64,000 bases of DNA. Source: Eremomyces bilateralis CBS 781.70. Taxonomy: Eukaryota. The position numbers were made by a program, and so were the translations under genes. Shown here in pieces: positions 25,201-36,753 of this stretch. The notes beneath the pieces were generated by a model. The model was not told the DNA's origin. It saw only the letters and a list, made by a program, of their open reading frames with translations, and did no database searches. The number at the start of each line of letters is the position of its first letter. Position 1 is the stretch's first letter. The DNA lies in NCBI GenBank assembly GCA_010015585.1, contig ML975152.1; one strand, given 5' to 3'.

Positions 25201-26031
25201 TCAGAGCACCAACCGCCCTGGCTCCTTCTCCAAGATGGCCTTCATCCGCTGCAGAAACGTCTCCCCTCGCTTGAGGTTCGCCTCATCGACTGTGACACTA
25301 AACACATTCTCCGCCCCGCGCCCCACACCCGCACTCGGGACCGCCTCTTTCCCCTTTGCCGCCACCCTCCCCGCCAACTCATCAATTATATCCACCGGTC
25401 TCTGCGTCCTCCGCCCCGCCGCAAATGGTTCAACCAACACATCCGGCACGAAGTTCCCCCTCTCCCCATGCACGATCTTCTCCGCGCCGATCACCGCATC
25501 GAAAAGTTCGTCGGCGGTCGGCGGTGCGCGCTTCCGCGGCAGGCTCTCGTTCGCCAGCTCGACGGCACGCGTGAGGAACGTCGACAGCGGCAGCGTCACA
25601 CCGAGGGCGTCCTGCAGCTTCTTCTGGCAGGCGAGTACGGCGGCGAGGGAGATGGGGAGGGCGAGCTGGGTGGGTTCCTCGGCAGCAGGTTGGACGTCGG
25701 GCGGCGGGGCAGGTGTAGCTTCTTTAATCGGGGCAGGCGCGAGCTTGATGTTGGTGAGGTCCAGGTGGCTGAGTTTGGCGAGCTGTTGGGATTGTTCAGC
25801 GGGGCGGGCGGAAGGGATGTGTCCTAGGTAGGCGAGGACGTCGCCTTTAAGGAGGCGGTTGTTGGGGCCGGTGGCGGGGATCTTGGGGATGTCGGAGTCG
25901 GGAATGTGGTTGGTGTGGAGGAGTTGGAGGACGGAGGGGAGGAGGGTTGGTTGGGAGGCGGAGGAGGAAGTGTAGGTTCGGAGTTGGCGGAGGGTGGTGC
26001 GGAGATGGCGGGTGGGCGGAAACCGCGCCAT
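25201..26031 (-). CDS. Mitochondrial E3-binding (PSBD) protein, PDH protein X-like but lacking a lipoyl domain
   Basis: Presequence MARFPPTRHLRTTLRQLRTY is followed directly by the PSBD LLPSVLQLLHTNHI..IPATGPNNRLLKGDVLAYLG. The C-terminal region resembles the fungal E3BP core-binding domain (ISLAAVL..QKKL...LGVTLPLSTF..RA...AN; DIIDEL; F.VTV). Confidence 0.75.
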   Translation of the reverse strand: MARFPPTRHLRTTLRQLRTYTSSSASQPTLLPSVLQLLHTNHIPDSDIPKIPATGPNNRLLKGDVLAYLGHIPSARPAEQSQQLAKLSHLDLTNIKLAPAPIKEATPAPPPDVQPAAEEPTQLALPISLAAVLACQKKLQDALGVTLPLSTFLTRAVELANESLPRKRAPPTADELFDAVIGAEKIVHGERGNFVPDVLVEPFAAGRRTQRPVDIIDELAGRVAAKGKEAVPSAGVGRGAENVFSVTVDEANLKRGETFLQRMKAILEKEPGRLVL

Positions 26032-26414
26032 TGTGGGCGATGGCGGATTCTCGGATTGGGGAGATAGGAGTGAGGAAGGTTAGATTTATGAATTCGAGGT
26101 CGTGGAAGGCCGGTGTTGAATATTGAGATGCGAGCGGGCGAATACAAGAAAGTTAATGCCGTTGTTGAGGTCAGTGGATCTCCGAAATGTTGAGATCAAC
26201 CGAAGTGGCACCGGTGACCCTAATACCTTCATGGACAACGGCCAATTTTTTGATACAGCATGTAGCAAGTACCTTATGAGTACGGTATGAGACTACAATT
26301 ACACTGTGACCTTGAAGGGTTGAAGCGGAGGTGACATTTGAAGAGTCAATAGGATCATAACGAGGAACTCTCCGATTAGCCCCCCCTAACCCTATTCCTC
26401 TCACGCCATCCGAT

Positions 26415-27391
26415 ATGTCGTTCATTCGCATTCCCTGCGGTTCGATATCGCGCATCTCAATATCTCGTCTCACATCGAACCCAGCGACATCAATACCGAT
26501 CCACCAGCTCAAGCGCCAGTTCCTCCCCTCCCAATTCCGACATGCCTCGACCCGAGCCCCCCCATCTGCCCGAAAGCCGCTCCCCAAGCCTGGTTCTCCC
26601 AAACGCTCACCCTCTTCACAAACCCCTCCACGCCAACCCTCGAAACCGCCAACGCTCAAATCCACCCCCAAACTCGTCGCTGCGCGCCCACCCACCACCA
26701 CCCCCCGGGCCTCCGAACCGCTTGTCCTCTACTACTGGCCCCTCTCCCGCAGCTACCGCTTCTGGGCCTGGATGGTCTTCGGCACCGCCACGGTGACGGC
26801 CGTCACCCTCGTCTGGTCGGGCGACTACGACCTCGTCGACCACCCGACGCTCTACCTCTCCGTGAACATGATCTTTGGCGTCCTCCTCCTCTTTATCGGC
26901 GGAAACTTCCTCTCCAACCCTCGCGCCGTCGCGTCCAAGGTGTCATTCACCAGGGGAGTGCGCGGACAGTCGATTGTGTCGGTCGAGATGCGGCGGATGA
27001 TCCCGTTTATGAAGCCGTTGGTTGCGGAGGCGGAGTTGAGGGACGTGAGTGTCAATACGCGGTTCGCGGCGACGGCGGAGGATCTGAAAGTGATCAAGGC
27101 GTTGCGGGCGGGCGAGGCGGACGGCGCAAGGGTGGCGTCGGCGCCGAGGGGTTCGGGGGTGAAGCGGGCTTTTGCGGACCTGAGGTTGTTGATGGCGGGG
27201 TCGCCGGCGGAGCTGAGGATGAGGAAGGGGAGGTTCGGTTTGGCGGAGCATGGACAGTTCTTGGATGGTGGTGAAGGTAAGGGACCGGTTGGGAGAAACG
27301 AAGTGTTGCGCGAACCGTACTGACCGTGTGACTTCTAGCGATGGATAAGCTGATCCCTTTGACGACGACGAAGCTTGCGTCACGGAAATAA
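26415..27391 (+). CDS. Putative mitochondrial two-TM membrane protein (possibly TMEM223/Mrx15-like); intron 27277-27338
   Basis: Presequence-like N-terminus (..QFRHAST), two hydrophobic helices, and a C-terminal G.FLDG. Canonical GTAAGG..CTGAC..TAG intron. The family assignment is tentative. Confidence 0.6.
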
Positions 27392-28917
27392 CTGCAAGTA
27401 TTGAGAAGGGCTAGTGGAGGGTCTCTCATCTCCATGACCTATGGTCTATTGAAGGTGCAAATAGACCGAGTGATTGGGTGTGAAGAACCACGATGGATGG
27501 TTTTGCATCCTAACCAAGGGTCGATATGAGTTAAAGTAGCCCAGATGTACCAACAACTGTATTAATTTACTACAAGGTCAAGGTACCTTAGCTTGGATTG
27601 TACATGACACCACTGATTGACATTGCTCTCTTGGATTGCCGATGCCTTCCAAGCACTGATTGAAGATTTCATAATTGCCGGCAGAAATATGGTCCATCCG
27701 ATCATGGAGCAGAAGTGTTATGCAATGAGAAACCAGGAGTGTTAACACTGAAACACCTTGAACAAGATTTCAAACCTAAATTACAGTAACAAACATTTCT
27801 CAAAGACATTGATATAACACTGGCATCAATAGAAAGAGAAACAGAAAGGAGAGCAAGACAGTAAGGCGCCAAGGCATCAAAAGTCCATATCACGTGCAGG
27901 TCCCAATCATGACTGGGAGAAAACGGCACGTGCTTTCCACTTTCCAGTAGCTAGCAACTTCCCCGGATTTTCAGCCCTACGACGACGATGGCCATCAGGG
28001 TCCGATCCGGTTCCTTGCATTTGGAGCTTCATAAGAAAGCTTGAGGTCATCAGGAAAGCGTGTCGCGCCGGCGCGGAACCGCGTCGCGGGGTTTCTGAGG
28101 CGGGAAATCCGCTGGCACGAGCTGGAAACGCCTGAAACGGGAAAATTGAAGCCAACCGACAAGTTTCCGATGGATTGGAGGCGTGAATAGGAAATTTCGT
28201 CATGGATGGAAAGGAGAATTAAACGGAACCAAAGTCGTGAGAATGCGAAGTCGATTGCAGGATGCGATGGTGATTGGACGGTGAGGAGCAGTTCGGGGGA
28301 TACCCGGCGGGCGAGGTCGACCATTGGTGCAAGATGTTGATATATCTTGGTGCCTTGATGCCTATGCTGCCTGATGTGTGTGACTGCACCAGCAGGAACT
28401 TCAGGTTCTCACTCCCTCCTCAGTCCTCACCCTCCTACCCATTCACCATTCATCACCATCACTCAACGCTTCCTCTCACTCACCTCTCCTTTCGCCATCA
28501 CCCTCACTCTCTTGCCTTTGGTTTTCAACCTTTTCCTCTGCATCATCGGCGTTTTTATTCCCGAACGATTGCCAACCCAGCATTCACTCGTTAACTGCAA
28601 CTGCAACCCACGACCAGTCTGCACCCAACGGGGGTCACTCTTTCCCTCACCCTACCGCCTGCCCTCGATAACCACCAACTCCACTGCAACTGCATCCACC
28701 ACCGCACGCCGATCCCAATCGTCCTATTTCACTTCAGCGTCCCGTTGGAACAACGCTATCTAGTATGTACTTTCAATAATCACTACCCTCCCCCTTCATC
28801 CCTTTCGATGCCCTGCAACCCACCTTGTTGTCATCCTATTGTTCATCCGCCATGTTGACCCCATCGTCCCCCCAATACTACCATCGCCCTGCGGCTAACC
28901 CCCGTGAAAGCGCATCC

Positions 28918-31900
28918 ATGTCGACGTCGCGACTGAAAAGAAACCTCGAGGAGCTCGAGGCCAATAAGTCGGATCCGGACGACTCGGATTACGACAACCG
29001 CGCGAGCAACCCCCAGCGCCGCCGACCCAAGAAATCCTCCCGGTTCTCACAGCCACCCTCCAAACGCCGTCGTCAGTCTTACGGTTCGGATGGAGACGAT
29101 ATAGACGACGACATCGATGATTCCCAGGATGATTTTGGCGCCTCAACCGACGACGAAGACTTCACCACCACTATCACTGGGCGTCGAGTGCGGAAGGCCG
29201 CAAAGAACCGTCCCCAAACGTACAAGGAATCCTCGGTATCGGAAGACCCGGACGATATCGAATCGCCTGACGACGAGCTCGACCTCCTTGCCGTCAAACC
29301 AAAGGTATCGAAGGCAGCTGGTTCGCCTCAGAAACTCGTCGTAAAGCTACATTTCGAGGAGAAGGAAAAGCTTGCCAGCATGGTTGGACGGACGCGGAGA
29401 GGTAGCCGTTCGTCGCGTGCCCAGTCGTCGGCCGAACCGAGGGTGACGCGACGAAGCAGTCGGCTTTCCCACGAACCGGAAGATAGAAGAGCACCTCTGG
29501 TAGAGCTCACGAATTCCGGAAGACATGTGCTGGTCGCCGGGTCGAGCCACAGCCCGGAGCCTGTTCGACGGCAGACGAGAGGACGCAAAGGACCCGTCAA
29601 AGCCCCCAGTGCCATCATAGAAGTTTCTCAGGAAACATCGAATCTGTCCCACGAATTTGGAGACCAACTGGTAGCTGCGGCCACTCAAGAAAGCGATGCA
29701 CCTCAAGATGAAAAAGAAGACAATGAAACAGAAGCGGATGACATCATGATGGAAGATGGTTCACGGAAAGTCATTGAGGAATCCGAGCAAGAAGCTCCTT
29801 CACAGAATGTCATGGAAGACCAGGCGGAGACCCCCATTCCGAATGACGACGAAGATGACGATGAAGGGCCTGTCACTCGGCGACGTAACCTTCGGGTATG
29901 TACTTTATCCCGGTCTACTTCATACATGCACTCTTCCGATGCTAATTGCTATCCAGTCTCGTGCACAAGCGGACGACAAACGGAAGTCCACTCGCCCACG
30001 AAGAGGTCGTGGTCAAGAAGAGAGTAGCGATTTTGAGCCCGCCGTTGAAGGTGAAGAAGACGACGCCGTGTTCGAATCGGATTTAGAAGAGGAATCCGCC
30101 AAACAGAGTCGCAGAGACGATACATCGAGCCCAGGTGGACGTCGGTCCCAACGCATAGCCAGCAAGAGTCGACGAGAGAGTCTGGGCAGCGAAGACGAAA
30201 TCGATATGGATGAGCTTCTTGAAGAGGCGCAAGAATTACGACCGAAGCGAGGCCGTGGACGCCGCACGCAGCAGGACTCGACTATCGTGTACGATTCCCA
30301 ACCGAAGCTTCGAAGTCGCGCCAGCAGAGTCGATTACCGAGTTTTTCGTCCAGAGCTGGTGCAGCAACTCGACGAAGACGGCCCACCTGCCGCTTCCACG
30401 CCTAGCCGCGCCCGTCGCGGTGCAGGAGGTAACGGTTACCGCAGTCTCTTCTCGTTAGCCGGGCCTTTCGGAGGAATGAGTGGACCACCACCTCTCTTCG
30501 GTGGCCCAGACGGTGTCGGGGCTACAGGAGGAGTCGACTCAGATAGTAGCGACGATGATGGCGGCCAAATCAGACCGCGAGCCGATATTGGCGGAGCCGT
30601 GGGCATGACTCCGACTACCGCGCTTGCTCCAAGCCTCTTCCCACAAACGCACAATGCCGATCCTCACCAAGGCGGTGGTGGACATTCTGGTACGCCAGCC
30701 AACTTTGGCAAGGTCAAGGACAAGCAAGCCCTCGCCGATGCGGACCCTCTTGGTGTCGATCAGAATGTCACCTTCGACGGCGTGGGAGGTTTGGATGATC
30801 ATATCAACCAGCTGAAGGAGATGGTCGCCCTTCCTTTGCTCTACCCCGAAGTCTTCCAGCGATTCCATGTAACCCCCCCTCGAGGTGTCCTGTTCCATGG
30901 TCCGCCGGGTACCGGTAAGACGTTGCTCGCGCGTGCACTCGCATCGAGCGTCAGCTCCCATGGCCGCAAGGTCACGTTTTACATGCGAAAGGGTGCGGAT
31001 ACTCTCAGCAAGTGGGTCGGTGAAGCGGAACGCCAGCTACGCTTGCTGTTCGAGGAGGCGCGGAAGAACCAGCCGAGCATCATCTTCTTCGATGAAATCG
31101 ATGGCCTCGCACCCGTCCGCTCGAGCAAGCAGGAGCAGATCCACGCCTCCATCGTTGCCACCCTTTTAGCGTTGATGGATGGTATGGACGGGCGCGGGCA
31201 GGTGATCGTCATTGGCGCGACGAATCGACCCGATTCCGTGGACCCGGCGCTTCGACGACCCGGCCGATTTGATCGCGAGTTCTACTTCCCCTTACCCGGC
31301 GTGTCGGCGAGACGATCGATCATCGACATCCATACGAAGGGCTGGGAGCCGCCACTTGCACTTGGATTCAAGGACCAGCTCGCTGGCTTGACCAAGGGAT
31401 ATGGCGGTGCGGACCTTCGCGCGCTGTGTACCGAGGCGGCGCTCAACGCGGTGCAAGGCACCTACCCGCAGATCTACCAGTCGAATGAAAAGCTTCACAT
31501 CGATCCCTCGACGATCAAGGTCCTCGCGAAAGACTTTATGATCTCCGTTAACAAGATGATCCCTTCGTCGGAACGGTCAGCAACGTCCGGTGCTGCCCCC
31601 CTACCGAAAGAGGTGGAGCCGTTGCTGAAAGATCAGCTCCAACAGATTTCGGCGCTGATCGACTCAATTGTTCCCCAGAAAAAAAAACTCACCGCACTAC
31701 AAGAAGCTGAGTATGACGACCGTGAGGACGAAGAAGGATTCGAGAGGGAAATCATGCAGCAGAGTAAGTACGCTATATCATACATTTTGCTCTGGCTAAC
31801 CTCGTGCAGGTTTCGAAAAAGCTCGAGTCTTCCGCCCCCGACTGCTCATTCGCGGCGGCCATGGAATGGGTCAGAATTACCTAGGCTCTGCTTTACTTAA

Positions 31901-34038
31901 CAAGTTCGAGACGCTCCATGTGCAATCATTCGATCTTGCTACTTTGCTTGAAGATTCCGCTCGAGTAAGTCTTTCGCCGTGCACTTATCCCAGCCAGGAG
32001 CTAACCATCACAGTCACCGGAAGCTGCCGTAGTTCAGCTATTCAAAGAAGCGAGACGTCACAAGCCAAGCGTTATTTATGTTCCCAACGTTGATGTTTGG
32101 TACGAGACAATGACGCCGTCGGTCATCAAAACGTTCACATCTCTCTTACGAACGCTGCATCCAAACGATCCTGTCCTTGTGTTGGGCATCCTCGAAGCGG
32201 GACATGCCGATGAGCGAGCGCAGCTTAACCCGGACATGTTGCGCGATCTGTTCGGCTACTCCCTGAGGAACCAATTCGAACTCGAGCGGCCCGGATTACA
32301 GGCTCGTCGCGAATATTTCGATCAATTGATGTCTTACGTGCGCAAGCGGCCGAGCGAATTCCCTGACCCTGAGAACCGAAAGAAGCGGAAGCTGGAGGAA
32401 CTCAGCGTGGTCCAGGCCCCTGAACGCCCGCAAGGTCCGACGAAGGAGGAGCTCAAGGCGCAGAAGAAGCAAGATCGTCACACCCTCAACCTTTTGAAGC
32501 TGCATATCCAACCCGTCATGGACCAGATTCGGACGAAGTACAAGAAGTTTCGAACGCCCGTCATCGACGATACCTTGATCCAATATCTGTACGACGAAGC
32601 AGACCCCAGCGTCATCGTGTCTGATCTACCTCGGGAAGAACGGATGATGCTCCGACCGTTTGAGATGGCGAAAGACAAACATGGTGTTCACGGTCTGCAA
32701 GAGGTTGCAACTGGCAAATTCTTCTATAATGTCGATGTTGTCATGATCGAGAAACGACTATCCAACGGCTACTACAAGCGGCCCAAAGACTTCCTGGCCG
32801 ACATCAAGCGACTCGCGAAGGATGCTCGCAACAGCGGAGACGTGGAGCGGACGTTGAAGGCGAATGAGTTGCTTTCCAACGTCGAGGTTGATATGGAGAT
32901 GATCGAAAAAGCAAATCCAGCGCTGGTCGCGGAGTCCGAGGCGGTTTATGCCCGTGAGCAAGCCCGCCAGCAGCAAGCTGAGAGGGATGCGCAAGCCGAA
33001 AAGGAAGCACAGGGCCCGCAAGTCCCGTCGACAAACACGCCACCGAACATATCTATCACCACGACCACCGAAACGACCGGTCCAGTCCATCTTGGAGAGC
33101 CGGTGCCAGGAAAGGACCTGCCCCCTGTTCCTCCCTACCCGCAGTCCCTCTCGAATGGCGATGGCTCCCATAGCCATGGACAAAGTAACGGGTCGACCGT
33201 GCCATCCCGACTTGGCGAAGATACTCAGATGAGCGGGACGGATGACTTGAGCGGCCCAACACATGCTGCCGAGCCACCCTCTCAGTCGTACACCCCGCAA
33301 CGGACCCTGGAGAAACGATGGCAGCGATCCGCCATGGAGAAGATGCCGCCGAACTCCCAGCCGGAAGACTTCCACAACAGCGCGTCAACCACGACATCGG
33401 GACAGAAGACGACAGACCACTCGCAGTCGAATCGGTCGTCGGACCGATCGCAATTCGAGAAAAATACCCAGAGTTCCAACGGAGCTAGCATGGTCTATCC
33501 GGATTTCTCCGCTCTGCCAAACTCGCTTGCGTCCGGTGCGTCGCAGCTTCCCGACACACAAGGTATGTCCCTTCCACCTCACCAACCAGGTGACCACGCC
33601 ATTGTCAAAGTAACTTTGCTAATTGAGATACGCGCAGAGGATCGATATACGAGCAGTGATCCATCGCAACAACACGAAATCTCCTCGCAACCTGGCCCTC
33701 GCTCCGACCCGACAAACATCACCTCCCTCCTCAATGGCCCAGGCGATGAGAGCATGCCGGCACCCCAGCAGCCGCTAGTGCTCGACGAGAAGTTCCTCGA
33801 GCAGCTGCACTCGGAGCTCGTCGACCGCTCCTCGGGGCTGTCGGTCGAGCAGCTGGAGCAGGTGAACGCTGCGCTCATGAACACCATCTGGAAGACGAAG
33901 CGGTACTGGAACCGCAACAAGGTGATCAAGGACCTGCAGGACCAGTACAACCTGGTGATCCAGGACATCGAGGAGATTCAGTTCATCGCGAACCCGAGCC
34001 AGGCGAACCAACGGAAGGGTCCGTCGCAGGTGCCCTGA
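28918..34038 (+). CDS. YTA7: AAA+ ATPase with bromodomain, Yta7/Abo1 (ATAD2 family) chromatin segregase; 4 coding introns plus a 5'UTR intron 28764-28910
   Basis: Acidic N-terminus, Walker A GPPGTGKT, YMRKGAD.LSKWVGEAERQLR, Walker B IIFFDEIDG, DPALRRPGRFDREF, a degenerate second AAA domain and a non-canonical bromodomain (IEKRLSNGYY..PKDFL.DI). Confidence 0.95.
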
Positions 34039-35451
34039 GCCTTGAGATTGCAGACATACTTTAAGTCATCATAGATATGCGATGCATCATCTTATTTCGG
34101 TTTGTTTGGGAGATGATGACATGTTGGATCGTGATATCGCATGTCACTCATGGTGGGGAATGCCGTAGACCTTCCCAGGCGAACCTGCGTAGCATATGAG
34201 GGCTATTATCCGGTTCATAGATGGGGTCATGACAGACAGACGACGCGGCCGAGACATTGTACCACTTGAATACATCATGAGCGTTACCGGAGCCAGTGGC
34301 GAGCAAAATCAATTACCTCCAATAATGATATCAACGTTTCCCAGCCTCTCGCAGTTTATCGAAGTCCCATTGTCGCACAGTTTTCCGCCCATCACCTATC
34401 CTCCCTTCTACCAGCCTCGCCGAGAATTAATCAAAGTCAACTCGGCCACCAGATTCTTGCCGGCCTGCGCAATCATCCTGCAGCCAACATATACCAAGCC
34501 CAAACGGACTCCGATTGAAGGGATTGACATCGCACGCGCACGTCACGCGTGCGGCACCGTAGCACCATGGCACCTTTGACGCAAGCACCCACCTCGAGAA
34601 AAATCGCAGGCCAACAATGAAGATATTACATATTCGAAATCCCATTGTTGATTCGCTGGGTGCAGGTGCTGTGGTCGTACAAACAGTCCTCTCCAGATCC
34701 TCCATTTGACTTTGCGTCGGAAGGCGGAGTGGGGTGCCGTCCTAAAACGCGTGGCCTCGCAGCATTTGGCAGATGCACATCGTTTTGACAGGCCGTAATG
34801 TACAGACGAAGGACCTGTCCGTCAAGGAACATTAGTGCATCTCACATTCAGTACCCCGTAAACTATTCAGGATGTCATCTTCAAGATTCCAGCCACCACA
34901 AGCGGCGCTAGTCGAGCAGACGACTCCCGTTTCTCCACGCAATGGCGATCCTCCCAAGTCCCCGCTCGTTTCACCTCCTAAGATCTTCGTTCTATTCAAA
35001 CCCGTTCCCAGTACCTTCGCCCAGGTCTCCTGGTACGGGAAACTGGCGAATTGAAAGGTTTGATCTCCTCCTTCAGCCTCAGTCATCGTCTCCTACGCGT
35101 CGGTTGCCCCCTTCCAGTCCGTACCACTGGTCCTGGGGCGGGCGGGAGGAATCTCTCCAGAACTGTCCGATTTAAGACTCTGGTTCTCTCGGGCTGACGA
35201 CGACTCTTGACCTGGGGCGAGGGGTGGCGGCCTGAAGTGAATTCTGATTGATCGGGGGTAAGAAAGATAGTATTTAGGTGGTAGAGTCCGCTTGCGATGG
35301 AGCTGGTGAGGAAAGTGGCATAAGTTCATTGTCGAGTTTCTTTATAGGCTGCCAGCTACTTATATCATTACTCGCATAGTCATTGGATTTCCTGTTCATC
35401 CTCGTTATTCAATTCTAGTCTTGTGTGTCTGACTTACCCATCGTCAACAGC

Positions 35452-36408
35452 ATGAAGAGGTTCTCCGTTCTTGTCGCTGCGGCGATTCTGCCCAGTGCTC
35501 TGGCCCAACAGTGGTCTTGCTTGGTGAGCCTTTCGCCATGATAAAGCTGCGGAAGAAAGTCTAACGAAGGTCTTCAAAGTCCACTTGTACCGAAGACGTC
35601 GATTGGAACGACCGAGACGACTGGAGGGGTCGCGGATCGGGGGCTTTCTGTGGTGATGATGATTTCATTGAAGATCTCACCGAATGCATCGCCACATCCA
35701 AATGCAGCGACGCGGACAAGTCTAGTATGTCTTCCTTATATCTCTCTTTATTCACGGAGGTAACTAATCATACCCCAAGCTCTGTATCAGACCATCGCGC
35801 AAGGGTGTGCCAACAACGGCGTCTTCCTGCCGCAACCGCAATACGCGTCGATTTCCGCAACCTCCGGAGCCCCATGGCCAACAGCCGCATGGTCTTCCCT
35901 CGCCGATAACTGGGCGTCAGGCTGGACCACCAAGACCGGCGCTCCCTTCCCGGGTGTCACCGGCAAGCCAAGCGGCGGTGCGCCGTGGGGCGGTCCGGGC
36001 CACTGGGGCGGAGAATGGGGACCCTTCCTCAGCGGCGCATGGGGCCCATTCCGCAACGATGGCAGCTGGACGACCGGCGCGTGGACGTCGTGGTGGAACG
36101 GCACGGCTTGCCCGTCGCCGGACTGGGCCGGCTGGACGGAGGGACCGTGGACGACGAACGCGGAGTGGACGACGTGGACGGACTGCATCGCCACGACCAC
36201 GGCGACGAGCGTGGTGACGACCACGAGCGGAAGTGCCGTGGATACTAGCACCAGCTTTGGAGTGCGAGTCGCGCAGGCTGTCAGCACCGATACTAGCGGT
36301 TCAGGTCTCTCGGTCACCGACGCGACACCGACTGGGGGGGCGGCAGGACGAACTCGTGCTGCTGGTGGGTTGGCCGTCGCAGCACTTGGAGCTATAGTGC
36401 TGTTGTAG
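35452..36408 (+). CDS. Secreted, probably GPI-anchored protein with a degenerate CFEM-like domain and a Trp-rich segment (exons 35452-35523, 35580-35724, 35780-36408)
   Basis: Hand-spliced model: signal peptide MKRFSVLVAAAILPSALA, a 6-Cys domain, a Trp/Gly-rich region, a Thr/Ser stalk and a hydrophobic tail GGLAVAALGAIVLL*. The reading frame is conserved across two canonical introns. Confidence 0.8.
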
Positions 36409-36753
36409 TTGTCACATCGCCCGTGGTCAATTGGTGGCCCTTGGATAGTAATGATGGGCGTAATTCTGTTGAATGGTTTTGGTATCGGGACTGGCGTCAG
36501 GCGGGAAAGCTCCACGGTACACAGATTGGGATCCTTCCTAGAGCGGTATATGGCATATGCGACACTATTTTTCATACATAATGATTTTATTGGCTATATG
36601 CAATTATGATCTCTCGAAACTCTTCAACGATTTCCGCATCAGTCTACTCAAGGCACGTGACTGATACCCATACTTGAGAAATGACTTCATCGTTGATACA
36701 TATTTGCCAAATATATCTATTTGAGTAAAACCCAGAGACGAAATTTAACCAAG

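Noticed and set aside
26381..26396. CTAACCCTA resembling a telomerase template or telomeric repeat
   Set aside because: It is a single incomplete unit within a short divergent promoter, with no room for a telomerase RNA.
27470..27700. snR30/U17-like m1/m2 motifs on the minus strand (ATATTTCTG, AAACCAT)
   Set aside because: The spacing between the motifs and to the ACA does not fit, and the m2-like site lies in the likely 3'UTR of the upstream gene.
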